A stretch of DNA of 64,000 nt from Candidatus Heimdallarchaeota archaeon (GTDB lineage Archaea; Asgardarchaeota; Heimdallarchaeia; Hodarchaeales; Hodarchaeaceae), in assembly GCA_020353515.1 (NCBI GenBank), contig CP070695.1:1674050-1738049 (forward strand), given 5' to 3'. The stretch's first letter is position 1; each line of letters starts with the position of its first letter. The translations under genes were made by a program, and so were the position numbers. The notes under the pieces are model-generated. The model had not been told where the DNA came from and searched no databases. It was given only the letters and a program-made list of their open reading frames with translations. Of the stretch, positions 1 through 10,912 are shown in pieces.

Positions 1-2410
1 ATCAATTAAGCCATCACGATCACTGTCAGGATTGAAAGGACCACCACCAGCGATTAGTACTGTAGGTGTTAAAGTACCGTCAGGGTGCCCAAAAAACTCA
101 TATCCATCAGGGATATAATCATGGTCTGAATCGAACAATAAACCATCTTCTGTACCATTTACAAGGCTATCTGTGACCATAGGATCAGTACCTGCTTTAT
201 TATAAGGTAGTTCAGGATCTAATTCAGCACCATCTGGCAGAAAATCATCATCTGTATCTCGATCTGTAGCATTTGTAGGATACACAGGATAGTACAATAC
301 TCCTGTGACCGAATCCCAGTATCCTGATAATTTAATAGAGAATCTAATCCCATCTGATTCAATGGCAGCTAGTGTTCCTACAGAAGTTGTTTCATTACAG
401 TCTAATAATCCATCTGCATCAGTGTCGTTTTTAAGTGGATCTGTTAAATGGAAGAATAATTCATCATAATCGCTTAATGTGTCATTATCACTGTCCACAT
501 TGTCAGGTCTTGTGAAATAGACATCTATCTCTTCTGAATCGCTTAAGAAGTCAAAATCAGAGTCTGCTAGTACAGGAGAAGTGTTATAAGGGCGTACAGT
601 GTAAAATCCAATATATGGGTATATCAAACTGGTGAAATTTGCTATCATTAATTCTAGCCCATCTAGGAGAGTATCACCATCAGTGTCATTGCTTAAGGGA
701 TCTAATGGCATTGGTTTGAAATTAGGGATCAATCCTGAACCTAAGTACAATTCCCAACCATCAGTTAATCCATCAAGATCTGTATCCCCATATGTTGGAT
801 TGGTTCCATAGTAGTATAATTCATCACCATCAGACAGACGGAACGTGTAATCAATCTTTCCTCCTTCGTATACGACAAAATAAGTTATAGAATCAAGATC
901 TGTATCCCATGCGAGGGGATCTGTCTTAATTCCATTATATGTTCCATAGACCTCGTCTCCATCACGAAGGTAATCACCATCCCAAACACCATTTCCATTT
1001 TCATCATATACTATGTCCCATTCTTCAAGGCCATCATAGCGACCATTTCCGTTGATATCGTTCCATTCTTCTGAATCTGTGTCTGGATCATGAGCTTTTG
1101 TCCTATAGATGAAAATTTCCTCGTATTCATCTAATCGGTCATTATCTGTATCTTCGTCCATTGGATCAGTGAAGTAAACCATGAGTTCCATCCAATCACT
1201 TATTCGGTCACCATCACTATCAACAGAGAAAGGATTAGTATGGTACCAATATAATTCTTCGCCATCTAACAGACCATCAAAGTCAGTGTCAGGGTTGAAA
1301 GGTTGAGTTCCGTATTTAAAGTATTCATCGCCGTCAGTTACTAGATCATGATCAGTATCAGGGTGTCTAGGATCAGAACCCAACAATAATTCTTGCATAT
1401 CGCCTAATCCATCTCCATCCGTGTCTGGATTTGCATAATGTGTATGGTTTGATGTTGATCCTCTAGTACCTTCTAGTCCATCAATCAATCCATCATTATC
1501 AGTATCAGCGTCACAGGGGTCACTTGGTGGATCTAATGATAATTCATAACCATCTGAATTAAGAATCTCACTCACTGGTGGTTCATCATGTGGTTGATCA
1601 GGAGCACCTGTTCGATCATAATCACCAATACCTGTATCGCCGTCCGTATCAGGATTACATGGATTTGTGTAAGTGACATTAAGTACAGGTTCTCCTTCAA
1701 TCATATAAACGATAGGCATACCTTTGACTTCCCACCAATCGGTAGTTAGGATATACGTCCCATCTGCTATTTTAACATACGCACGGGCTTTACTCGGAGC
1801 AATCATTCCATCATATAGTTGTTCAAACGTATCATCATCGGTATCGTCATCTAAGGGGTGTGTATAACCACCATTAAAGATTAGTGGCGGAGTATCTGTT
1901 CCTGCTTCTGCTGTTTCATTATAGAGATCGCCTAGTCCATAATAAGGGCCAAACTCCCCTTCCTCACCATCTAGCAGCCCGTCACCGTCTGTATCGGGGT
2001 TGAGTGGATCAGTTCTATCGAAGTATTTGACTCCACCAATCATGACAAACTCTACTGTGGGTGTTACACCTTTAATATCATAAGCATGGTTTACTTCATA
2101 GTTATCATCAATCCCGTCGTTATCGGTGTCAGTGTCTAATGGATCTGTTTGGATGATAATGGCTTCTTCATAGTCCGTTAAACCATCCCAATCACTGTCA
2201 GGTTGACGTGGATTGGTCTTAGTATTGTGATATTCAACGAAATCATCAAGGCCATCCGCATCCGTATCGGGTAAGATGGGATCCGTTTTCGAGGTCTGTG
2301 TTTCAAATTTATCTGTGAGTCCATCTCCGTCTGTGTCCTCTGAATTCGGATTAAGACCAGGAGTGTTTTCCTCGTAGGCATTACCTAATCCATCACCATC
2401 ATCATCGAGC
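1..2410 (-). repeat. Protein-level tandem repeats, consensus T(D/N)P...DTDxDGLxDxxE, roughly 23-24 copies in window
   Basis: Examples: LDDDGDGLGNAYE, EDTDGDGLTDKFE, PDTDADGLDDFVE, PDSDWDGLTDYEE, TDTDNDGIDDNYE, PDTDGDGLLDGEE. Basic period ~23 aa with inserted loops. Confidence 0.9.
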
Positions 2411-5400
2411 CCCATCGCTCCATTCTCTTCTTGTTCTGCTTTACTGGTTGGAGTAAGCTCTAAAGGAGATGGATCAAGAGGTTTCCACTCGAATTCGATT
2501 TCCCAGTCAGCAAATAAGAATGTGAGTGTGACGCTGAACCGGAGGATGATCTCCAAGAAAATCTGAAGCGGAGTCGGGGCCACAAGATCTTGGAAAAATG
2601 TCAAGATTATTTCCAAGGAGAAATCAAATGCTATTCCTACTATGAATAAATTAATACCGAGGTGAACAGCTAGACCTATAGTAATTTTAAGAGTAAATGA
2701 ACCTTCCTCTGGCCCCGTTGCGGAGGCTGCGCGTTTTACAACTTCAAGAAATATGCCAAAGGAAACTGTTACAGTAATTGCATCTAAACCGATGTATTCT
2801 CCTATTGCATTAAGGGCTCCAGCCGTGCCCCCTGTTAAAAAGTCTAATAAAGTGAAAGTTCTCGAGATAGTGATAGTGAAGGAGAATCCCCACTCGATAA
2901 CCTTAAAGAAGTTATCAGTGTCAAATACTCCGCCTTTGATCGCAAATAATTCCATCTCGAACCACCCTTTTCCCGAGAATTCTAGTTCAAGTCCGAGAGA
3001 TTCCAGGAGGAATGCCATCATTGGATTTTCTTCGGTACCAAAGCCTCCAATCTCGAATCCTGCTTTGAAGGTCGGAATTAATTCAAAAAATGAAAATATC
3101 TTTTCAAAGAACTCGCCAATTCCTCCTGAAAATGGATTCAAACCTCCAAAAACAATATCTAACATCCAATCTGAGAAAGCTGATTGATCAAAACCAAAAT
3201 GAGGATATAATCCTAATTCTATACCGATACTAAAGAGACTAAAATCACCCAAACCTACTGGTAATGATCCAGACCATTCTGGAGGAAGAAGATCAGTAGC
3301 ACTGAGAGCATTGGTGATAGCATCTAATAGCATCGTGATCAATTGTTCAATTTGCCCTCCTATCCAATCCATTAATTGCCCAAAAAGCCAGCGTATTCCA
3401 TCCGTGAATATATCCTTAGCATTAAAGATAAAACCTAAAATTGCTTCGACTGCATCTTTTAATTCGCCTAAACCAGAAAGAGCTCCACCTGTAGCAGAAC
3501 TAACGAGTGCATCTAATCCATCCACCTGGTCGAGCTGACTTAGAAGGTTACTGATCATTGCGTGGGCTGTGGGTAATTCTGAACTGTCTATGCCAAAGAA
3601 TTTTGGGAAAATAAATTTTAAGATATCATTGACAAATGAGATGTCAATTCCAGCAAATTCTTTAATAAGGCTCATGCCAATATTCTGAATGAGAGCTTGA
3701 AGTATACCTTGGATGCTGTTATCTTTCGCTGCCATGATTATGTTATAGAAACCTACACCCATTTCTGCAAAAGTTCGGATTTTTTCTAAGATATCAGTAT
3801 TGAGATTAAGTCCTTCTGCCCCTGTTATAAGAAAATTAATTGTATTATCGATTAATGCGACGGGATCTTTAAATTGTTGTTTGAATTTTTCGATTGTGCT
3901 ACTGATATATTGCTTCAATTCATCTTTGTCACTAATTACTGCAATAATGGCTATAATATTATTTACGGCTTTTTTGATCTTTTGTTCCTTGTTGTCATCA
4001 ATATCACCAATCATATATTCTGTTACGTCAATTAAGAAATCAACAGTATTATTAAGATTTGGAAGTTGATCTTTGTTGGTAAAGTCGCCATTGATGGCTC
4101 CAGCTATCATTGTGCTTCCTGAGACAATCATTTCTTGAATCTTAGCATCTTTAGTAGAATCAGTATGAAATTTGAATCCTGTTTGAGATTTAAAAGTGTT
4201 AATTGCACTATCTAAGTTTGAAACGAAGTCATTAACGTTTTGGAGTGCATTTTCCTTCGCTTGGGAGATAATAGTGTTAATTTGTTGGATTAAGTTTTGA
4301 ATCTGATCAGCTGCATACGAAATTTCAGTAAATTTAGAATCTAGTAATTCTAATAAGTTTTTAAAAACACCTGCTAAATTATCATCAGTATATCCAATCG
4401 CAGACATTAATAAATTCATTAATATTCCTATGATACTACTCCAAGTCTCTGCATCTTCAGGACTTGTGACGGAAGCTCCTGATCCTCCTCCTAGAGTATC
4501 AATTACAAATCCAATGAGTTGTGGTAGATATTCCTGAATGGTTTTCTTAAGATCAAATTTAGATAAAAAGTCCATTATAGCTTTGAAGAAGGTCTTTAAA
4601 CCAGTAATATATTCGCCTACATCCACACCGATAAGTTCAAAGAATTTATCTATTAAGACATCTAAATATCGTTCACTAATTACAGAAAGAAAAACATCAA
4701 GGAATTTTCCTCCTTCATTTTTCATTTCATCAATTATCTCTACAGAAAGCGCAAGAATTTCTTTAATAATATCCTTAAACCATGACCAACTCTCAGGAAT
4801 CACAAGATCAAGTAAACGGCCGATAATATCACTAATTGCTGACCAATCGCCCCTAAGTAGAGGGATAGCGTCGATAAGTAAGTCAATATAAGGTTTTAAT
4901 TCCTCTGAAAAAGGAATCAAATCTTCTAGGATTTCAAATAGTGTGTGAAGAGCTGATTCAACAGAGATGTCTCCTCCTCCGAAAAAGCCAAGTAAGGCTT
5001 CAATTGCTTTAAATGCAGTTTCTATCATTTCCATTGCGTCTTCGGAAATATTAATTTCATCCCCAACCATCTCTATGAATACTTCTAATAATATATCAAG
5101 AATTCCCCCAATAGGGCCTTGAAGACCTGATTCAATAGGAAGCAATCCAATCAACATGTCTCCTATACCCAAGGATTCATCAGTTGACTTCTTAATATAC
5201 ATAGCAGGCTTATTCTCATCTGGAAGAGCGCGCATCTCGTCCAGTGTGAGTTTAGGTGTTATTTCCCGAGGAAATCTTTCTTTCATTTCATCATATCGTT
5301 CTTGTTTAAGTTTTAAATCCTCCTCGCCCATAGGATCAACAGGTTGTAAATTTCGTTCCACAACTGCATCTATATTCTCAGCGAACCACTTTAGACTTAG

Positions 5401-6057
5401 TTTACGGATATTAATACCCGCTTTACTATAATCTGAATAATGTTCATTCTTTGTTTCTAAAATATCTGCTACAGACCAGATACACCAAAGATACACTAAT
5501 TGTGCGTCTAGAACATCCGATCCTTCTATCCACACATTTGTTTGACTTACAGGTAAATAGCGATACAAATAATGTGCATTTCCCGTCCCAATGACGTGGT
5601 CTAATTCTGGATGTGCTGCAAGAAAGGCTGAAAAATCTTTCCAAGTAACAGTGTCTCCAATAATTATACCTTCTATTGAACTGTCAAAGATGTAGATAAG
5701 AATATTATACTGTGTCAACGAAAGAGATCTAATCTCCGCTAAACTAGTAACAGGTATTAGATCAATAGAGGTATAGACAATTCGTAAAGAATTATACAAT
5801 GAAACAGCTGTACCTGCAATTATTCGATCTTGTCCTCCATACAGTACTCCTATCCGCTTATCGGGGGAATATGTATAGATTAATCTCTTCGATTGTTCTT
5901 CAATAGCTTTATTCACCTCAGCTCGATAAGCTATAGTAGATACTGAATTACCAGATATAATTAATATTATCATAATTCCCAAAGAGAACTGTAGTACTCT
6001 TCGGGGAGTGATTTTTGCTTTTTTTAAATACGCACGTAAGACATCCAGTTCATACAT
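1..6057 (-). CDS. Giant secreted/surface protein (>2019 aa, 3'-truncated by window edge): N-terminal signal/TM, amphipathic helical region, amphipathic beta region, then >20 DxDxDG Ca2+-binding (TSP3-like) repeats
   Basis: ATG at 6057 (MYELDVLRAYLKKAKITPRRVLQFSLGIMIILIISG) is preceded by GAGGAAGG. The same frame reads PDSDRDGLID at position 1, and no stop was found in manual translation. Absent from the ORF track, apparently because its stop lies outside the window. Confidence 0.92.
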   Translation of the reverse strand, partial: MYELDVLRAYLKKAKITPRRVLQFSLGIMIILIISGNSVSTIAYRAEVNKAIEEQSKRLIYTYSPDKRIGVLYGGQDRIIAGTAVSLYNSLRIVYTSIDLIPVTSLAEIRSLSLTQYNILIYIFDSSIEGIIIGDTVTWKDFSAFLAAHPELDHVIGTGNAHYLYRYLPVSQTNVWIEGSDVLDAQLVYLWCIWSVADILETKNEHYSDYSKAGINIRKLSLKWFAENIDAVVERNLQPVDPMGEEDLKLKQERYDEMKERFPREITPKLTLDEMRALPDENKPAMYIKKSTDESLGIGDMLIGLLPIESGLQGPIGGILDILLEVFIEMVGDEINISEDAMEMIETAFKAIEALLGFFGGGDISVESALHTLFEILEDLIPFSEELKPYIDLLIDAIPLLRGDWSAISDIIGRLLDLVIPESWSWFKDIIKEILALSVEIIDEMKNEGGKFLDVFLSVISERYLDVLIDKFFELIGVDVGEYITGLKTFFKAIMDFLSKFDLKKTIQEYLPQLIGFVIDTLGGGSGASVTSPEDAETWSSIIGILMNLLMSAIGYTDDNLAGVFKNLLELLDSKFTEISYAADQIQNLIQQINTIISQAKENALQNVNDFVSNLDSAINTFKSQTGFKFHTDSTKDAKIQEMIVSGSTMIAGAINGDFTNKDQLPNLNNTVDFLIDVTEYMIGDIDDNKEQKIKKAVNNIIAIIAVISDKDELKQYISSTIEKFKQQFKDPVALIDNTINFLITGAEGLNLNTDILEKIRTFAEMGVGFYNIIMAAKDNSIQGILQALIQNIGMSLIKEFAGIDISFVNDILKFIFPKFFGIDSSELPTAHAMISNLLSQLDQVDGLDALVSSATGGALSGLGELKDAVEAILGFIFNAKDIFTDGIRWLFGQLMDWIGGQIEQLITMLLDAITNALSATDLLPPEWSGSLPVGLGDFSLFSIGIELGLYPHFGFDQSAFSDWMLDIVFGGLNPFSGGIGEFFEKIFSFFELIPTFKAGFEIGGFGTEENPMMAFLLESLGLELEFSGKGWFEMELFAIKGGVFDTDNFFKVIEWGFSFTITISRTFTLLDFLTGGTAGALNAIGEYIGLDAITVTVSFGIFLEVVKRAASATGPEEGSFTLKITIGLAVHLGINLFIVGIAFDFSLEIILTFFQDLVAPTPLQIFLEIILRFSVTLTFLFADWEIEFEWKPLDPSPLELTPTSKAEQEENGAMGLDDDGDGLGNAYEENTPGLNPNSEDTDGDGLTDKFETQTSKTDPILPDTDADGLDDFVEYHNTKTNPRQPDSDWDGLTDYEEAIIIQTDPLDTDTDNDGIDDNYEVNHAYDIKGVTPTVEFVMIGGVKYFDRTDPLNPDTDGDGLLDGEEGEFGPYYGLGDLYNETAEAGTDTPPLIFNGGYTHPLDDDTDDDTFEQLYDGMIAPSKARAYVKIADGTYILTTDWWEVKGMPIVYMIEGEPVLNVTYTNPCNPDTDGDTGIGDYDRTGAPDQPHDEPPVSEILNSDGYELSLDPPSDPCDADTDNDGLIDGLEGTRGSTSNHTHYANPDTDGDGLGDMQELLLGSDPRHPDTDHDLVTDGDEYFKYGTQPFNPDTDFDGLLDGEELYWYHTNPFSVDSDGDRISDWMELMVYFTDPMDEDTDNDRLDEYEEIFIYRTKAHDPDTDSEEWNDINGNGRYDGLEEWDIVYDENGNGVWDGDYLRDGDEVYGTYNGIKTDPLAWDTDLDSITYFVVYEGGKIDYTFRLSDGDELYYYGTNPTYGDTDLDGLTDGWELYLGSGLIPNFKPMPLDPLSNDTDGDTLLDGLELMIANFTSLIYPYIGFYTVRPYNTSPVLADSDFDFLSDSEEIDVYFTRPDNVDSDNDTLSDYDELFFHLTDPLKNDTDADGLLDCNETTSVGTLAAIESDGIRFSIKLSGYWDSVTGVLYYPVYPTNATDRDTDDDFLPDGAELDPELPYNKAGTDPMVTDSLVNGTEDGLLFDSDHDYIPDGYEFFGHPDGTLTPTVLIAGGGPFNPDSDRDGLID

Positions 6058-6654
6058 TTTGATTAGGCCTTCCTCGGGGGTATTTTTTTTTTACGAATAG
6101 ATTCTCTAGAGTTATTTTTAAATTCGGGTTGTGATATGCAGATAAGTCTCAATAGATTATAAATGGCTATGAAATAATTATCGCAATTTTTGTATTACTG
6201 TTTCTTATGAAATTTTTTTTGCCAAATTGGTCATTTGTAAGTCTCTTTGATGAATTGCGAGTTAATATCGAATTTAATGAGTTTTTTGATTTGCTTTCAA
6301 GATATTGTAGAGAATCAGCTACTAGTCTGTATTTTTTAAAATTCATGTTTTTATAATTAACTGAATTCATATCAAGAATTCCCTGAATTTTAACTAATAA
6401 ATAGCCATCATGCGCTTAATCACCAAGTTAAATCATTGTGGTCTTAAAATAAGCAAAGATCCGAGCATGATTACTTAAGTAAATACGCTTAATTACCTTT
6501 GTTTCCAGCGAGTAACCTTGTCATCCCACTCAAAATAGTTTCATAATTTAAAGAGACGAATGCAAGTAGAAATGTGCAGTAAAAGAAACTTTTAAAATCC
6601 TCTGGTGGGATGTAGAAGCATCATATTCATCCTCTTGAGTGTGAATCATCTCCG

Positions 6655-9600
6655 ATGAAAGGTTCTCTCAGAAAAACCCTTAGCACTAGAAAGCGACAGA
6701 TAGGACTGATTTTTGGATTAGCTAAAAGAAATGCAACTCGCTCTAAGTATCGAAGTTCTCTCTTAATTCTTGGCATAGTCTTGACTATCGCACTAGAAAC
6801 TGGCATTGTTATCTCAATAGATACTTTATATGATAATTTTGTCTTTAACAATCGCAATCAAAATTATACCGATATATCAGTCATTCCTAAGGAATGGGTT
6901 GGTTTATCCACCTTACGATCAATTACTAAAGACGTTTCTTCAGTAGCTGGAGTTACCAAGGCAAGTCCTGTTTACTCTCTCCCCGCTAGTCGACTTGTGA
7001 AAGAACAATTTCCCGAATCAAATGTTTTAATTTATGGAATCGATCCCAAAACTCATCCTGATTTTTCTACAATAAATATCACAGAAGGAAAGCGGGAACT
7101 ACATGATAATACTATTATTATATCTCATAAGCTCTTCATTGATTCTGGTTTCCGAGTTGGTGATTCAGTTGACTTAAAAGATTTTGAGACAGACATAGTT
7201 TTAGATCCAAGCACATTTAAGTCCAGCAGGTTTACAATAGGAGGAGTACTGAATGATCCTTCTTTCTTGGGGAATAATCTTGGCTATCTCTTCATTTTGA
7301 TTAATATTAGGACATTATTTAATATTATCCCACAAGCAGAGCGGCCAAATATCCTGAGAGCCAAGATCGATGTTTATGTAGAAAATCTCTTAGATCTCAA
7401 AATAATACAAGAGAAAGTCAAAGATAAAGTCGGGGTCAGATCGTATGTCTGGACTGAAAAAGATATCTCTGATATTCGATCATCTGGTATTCGTGCATAT
7501 CAAACTGCGATGAATCTAGTTATCCTCGCCTCTTTTGTAGTAGAGTTCTTATTTATTACAAATATCTTGGCAATAGCAATTCGGGACCGATCAAAAGAAT
7601 TTGGTGTTTTACGAGCTGTAGGGAGTAGTTCCAAGCAAATTGTGTTATTAATCTCGGTGGAAATTTTACTTTACTCCATAGTTGGAAGTTTCTTAGGTAT
7701 TATCGGAGGTATTGGATTTGCAAACATAATTGTAGGTCTTATGCAATCTTTCTACCCCACATTAAAATTTCAAGCGCTCTCCCTGCATCCTTCTTCTCTT
7801 CTTGCAACTTTAGCATCTGGAATTGCTGTTGCTTTAATTTCTGGTTTGTACCCCATCTTCATTGCATTATCCACACCAGTTATTCGGAATATTCACTCTC
7901 AGATGCGTAGTGGAAAATCCTCTTTCGTTTTATTAGAAAATTGGAAACATACTATAATTATGGGTTTCCTTCTTGCACTCACGGGATTCATACTGCAATT
8001 TTTTGTAGGCCCTACTCGTTTTCTTGATTTTGAAATACTATCATTACATTTTTTCGTAATCTTGTTAATCTTCATTGGAACAGTATTAATAGAAATTGGT
8101 ATTCTCATCTTCTTACCGAAAGTCGCTTTTGCCTTTTTGTCCCCCATTTTTGGAGAACTGGTACGTACAATTTCGATGCGTAATATTGCCAGAGAATTTA
8201 GGAAATCCCTTTTCACAATTATGACTGCTGCATTGGCATTAACATTCATCATTGTTATCGGATTAGTGTCAGCTGCAGTTATCACTGGTTTTCCTGCGTT
8301 TTTTCAAGAGCAATGGGGAAATATTGACTTAGTTGCAGAGGCTCGTGATGATCAGCTTCCTGATATCAATCTTACTACATCACTTGAACAGAGTACTCCA
8401 ATAATTAAATCATCTTTCATTCAGGAAGAGCGTACAGAAATTCAGGGGATTTATAGTTACGTCTATGGTGTTGATCCTTCACAATATGCGTTTTTTGCTG
8501 AAGAAGTCATCGAGAGTGTAAATAATGATACCTCCACCTCTTTTCTTTCCCACAATCAAACATTGGGAAACACTACATATGGTTTAGTATCAAGACATCT
8601 TTTTGAGAGGCTCCTTTCCCCTGTGGGTTCAAATGTTTCCGTTAGGATTGGTGACAATAGTACTGTAAATATAACAATAGGTGCTGTTATCAAACCAAAT
8701 GTATTTTTAGGGAATGGTGAGTATTTATACATTTCTGCTGATAAATTCAGTAAATTTTACAACTCAACCCGAGCTAAATGGTTTGTGTGTGCTGTCGAAG
8801 GAAATGTACGGTCTGCTCAAACATTGATTGAAGCAGAATTTCCTATTTTTAAAGAAGTCATTGGGATCGATTTCTATGTAAAAACAATAGAAAGGACATT
8901 GATGTTTCAATCAGCGATCTTTCAACTGTTATTTGTTGAATCATTCATTTTAGCTGCAATTGCTCAGTTTATTTGTATTCTAGTTTCTACTCTTCGTATG
9001 GAACGAGAGATGGGTATTATGCGAGCAATGGGATTGTCAAAACGTGGAGTCATTGATGTTTTCATGTCTGAATCGGTTGCTTTAGGCTTAGCAGCCATTG
9101 TTGTTGGCTTATTTGATGGATTGATAGGATCTATATTACTAACGTGGTATATTAATCTCTCTTTCCCCATAGAAATTGAATTTCCACTTGATAGGATAAA
9201 CACTTGGATTCTTTTTTCTTTTATTATTACTTTGGCAAGCACTATTTTACCTTCTTATCGTTCTAGCAGAAAAAGCATAGTTTCCACAATCTCAAGGAGA
9301 CCTTTTCGTAAAGATTTTGTCGAAGAATCAATTATTGTAAAAGCATTTCACCCCTTATGGCAGACATCAGCAGTAAAATCAATATTTGCTATTTACAAAT
9401 CCCAAAAACAGTCACTAATCGCACATGAAGAAATGAAAGCAGCGTTACCATTCCCCTCCACATCAATTCGGCAGTTCATTAAGCATAACCGGTTCCGAGT
9501 TCAATTAGCATTTCTAACTCTTGTGTCAATTATCACTCTTAGTATTTTGATAAATAACTATTTACTTGTCAGAGGTTTGATCCCATTTGATTTTCTTTGG

Positions 9601-10425
9601 CGTTTCTACTTTTCTATTTTACCAATAAAGGATTTTTATGCTGATTATTATTCCCCAGCTTTCCTTTTCATAAATCCTCTTCTTCTTATAATTAGCTTAA
9701 CCGTTATCACTCCCATAACCTATTATCTTGTTCATGAATCTCCTAGAGCTAATCCCATCGGACTCCTCACTAGCAGCTTCGCTTTCGGAACCGTGGGGCT
9801 TATTTGTTGTCTTATCGCTCCATTCTTTTTAATAATTTTTCTTATTTTAATCGTAGGACCTATATTATTATTCTTTGCTGGAATTTCTTATATGAGCTAT
9901 AGTGGTTATTTCATCTTCATTGTTATTTTGACGCTAATGGTAATTGGATTAGAATTATTCTTGTTTCAGAAATTATGGGCTATTCTTATTTTTAATGGTT
10001 TAGGTTCTGAACTCACTTTCGGCCAAAAAATCTTCTGGTTAGAAAAAATAATATCAAAAGGGCAAGTTAAATTCATTGGATTGATCTTAATTCATTTCTT
10101 GCTCCAATCTATATTGTTTTTTATTTTTGAATCCCTCCCTCAAGCGATTCTAGCGGAAGAATATGTTCATTTTCCTTTTAGTATTCCTTATATCTTTTCA
10201 TTATTTCCAGTCGATCCTTTAGCTTTCTTGATCCTTACAACTTTTGAGGTTGGGTTTTTCTTACTGTTTATAATTTATCAAATTGTCCAGTTTCAAAATC
10301 AGATCAATATTCTCTATCCAAGTATTCTTGCTGAACGTGTTACTAAGAAAAAAACAATTTTTACGATAAGAGAAAAGGATTTTCAACACTTTCCTTCTAC
10401 TTATGGACTAAAAAGACAAGACTAA
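6655..10425 (+). CDS. FtsX/MacB-like ABC transporter permease (two FtsX domains) with extra C-terminal multi-TM extension
   Basis: RDRSKEFGVLRAVG and REMGIMRAMG FtsX motifs each follow a large extracellular loop. About 340 further hydrophobic residues at the C-terminus. Confidence 0.88.
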   Translation: MKGSLRKTLSTRKRQIGLIFGLAKRNATRSKYRSSLLILGIVLTIALETGIVISIDTLYDNFVFNNRNQNYTDISVIPKEWVGLSTLRSITKDVSSVAGVTKASPVYSLPASRLVKEQFPESNVLIYGIDPKTHPDFSTINITEGKRELHDNTIIISHKLFIDSGFRVGDSVDLKDFETDIVLDPSTFKSSRFTIGGVLNDPSFLGNNLGYLFILINIRTLFNIIPQAERPNILRAKIDVYVENLLDLKIIQEKVKDKVGVRSYVWTEKDISDIRSSGIRAYQTAMNLVILASFVVEFLFITNILAIAIRDRSKEFGVLRAVGSSSKQIVLLISVEILLYSIVGSFLGIIGGIGFANIIVGLMQSFYPTLKFQALSLHPSSLLATLASGIAVALISGLYPIFIALSTPVIRNIHSQMRSGKSSFVLLENWKHTIIMGFLLALTGFILQFFVGPTRFLDFEILSLHFFVILLIFIGTVLIEIGILIFLPKVAFAFLSPIFGELVRTISMRNIAREFRKSLFTIMTAALALTFIIVIGLVSAAVITGFPAFFQEQWGNIDLVAEARDDQLPDINLTTSLEQSTPIIKSSFIQEERTEIQGIYSYVYGVDPSQYAFFAEEVIESVNNDTSTSFLSHNQTLGNTTYGLVSRHLFERLLSPVGSNVSVRIGDNSTVNITIGAVIKPNVFLGNGEYLYISADKFSKFYNSTRAKWFVCAVEGNVRSAQTLIEAEFPIFKEVIGIDFYVKTIERTLMFQSAIFQLLFVESFILAAIAQFICILVSTLRMEREMGIMRAMGLSKRGVIDVFMSESVALGLAAIVVGLFDGLIGSILLTWYINLSFPIEIEFPLDRINTWILFSFIITLASTILPSYRSSRKSIVSTISRRPFRKDFVEESIIVKAFHPLWQTSAVKSIFAIYKSQKQSLIAHEEMKAALPFPSTSIRQFIKHNRFRVQLAFLTLVSIITLSILINNYLLVRGLIPFDFLWRFYFSILPIKDFYADYYSPAFLFINPLLLIISLTVITPITYYLVHESPRANPIGLLTSSFAFGTVGLICCLIAPFFLIIFLILIVGPILLFFAGISYMSYSGYFIFIVILTLMVIGLELFLFQKLWAILIFNGLGSELTFGQKIFWLEKIISKGQVKFIGLILIHFLLQSILFFIFESLPQAILAEEYVHFPFSIPYIFSLFPVDPLAFLILTTFEVGFFLLFIIYQIVQFQNQINILYPSILAERVTKKKTIFTIREKDFQHFPSTYGLKRQD

Positions 10426-10479
10426 AACTCGAGTATGATCCTTCTTCAAAGGTACTATAATTAAATTAATCATATCAAT

Positions 10480-10878
10480 TTATTCTTTTGATTCAATTTT
10501 CTTGATGATTTCCTCAATTCTCTTCTGAAAATCTTCAATTGTGGGAATAAAATATTGTGCTCGTTCAGGTAATTCGACAAGCTTATCAGCTATAACAAAT
10601 ATGTCAACATTAAGCTGGGATTGGATTGTTGGCGTCAAAGGATGCTTTCTTTCCTCAAGTACTACAATCATTTCTTGTAGACGAGTACCAATGTTTATTA
10701 AAATCGCTGCAGCTTCTTTTGTTATAGATTTCTGTTGCATGAATTGTCCAGCTGGGAAAAAGACACGCCAGAGAACATTTCCCATCCTGGGACGAAGAAT
10801 TTCATCCATCTTGTGAATACTCTCATCAAGAAGTTGATGTATATATTTTAACTCCTCTAAAATTGCATTTTCTCCCAA
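10480..10878 (-). CDS. Hypothetical helical protein downstream of oppF
   Basis: 132 aa; AGGTGA SD before TTG start; co-oriented with oppCDF. Confidence 0.75.
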   Translation of the reverse strand: MGENAILEELKYIHQLLDESIHKMDEILRPRMGNVLWRVFFPAGQFMQQKSITKEAAAILINIGTRLQEMIVVLEERKHPLTPTIQSQLNVDIFVIADKLVELPERAQYFIPTIEDFQKRIEEIIKKIESKE

Positions 10879-10912
10879 AAAGAATTCACCTATTGTTGGG
10901 ATTAAAGGTGTA

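Noticed and set aside
1-2410. Periodic nucleotide similarity suggestive of a CRISPR array or DNA repeat
   Set aside because: The repeats are degenerate at synonymous positions and are explained by DxDxDG protein repeats.
2178-5644. Short ORFs in the track (2178-2381, 2753-3187, 3311-3538, 3800-4069, 4538-4891, 5156-5431, 5444-5644)
   Set aside because: Antisense or off-frame shadows of the single giant minus-strand CDS.
6167-6370. 67-aa ORF upstream of the giant gene
   Set aside because: AT-rich, no SD or motif seen; likely promoter DNA.
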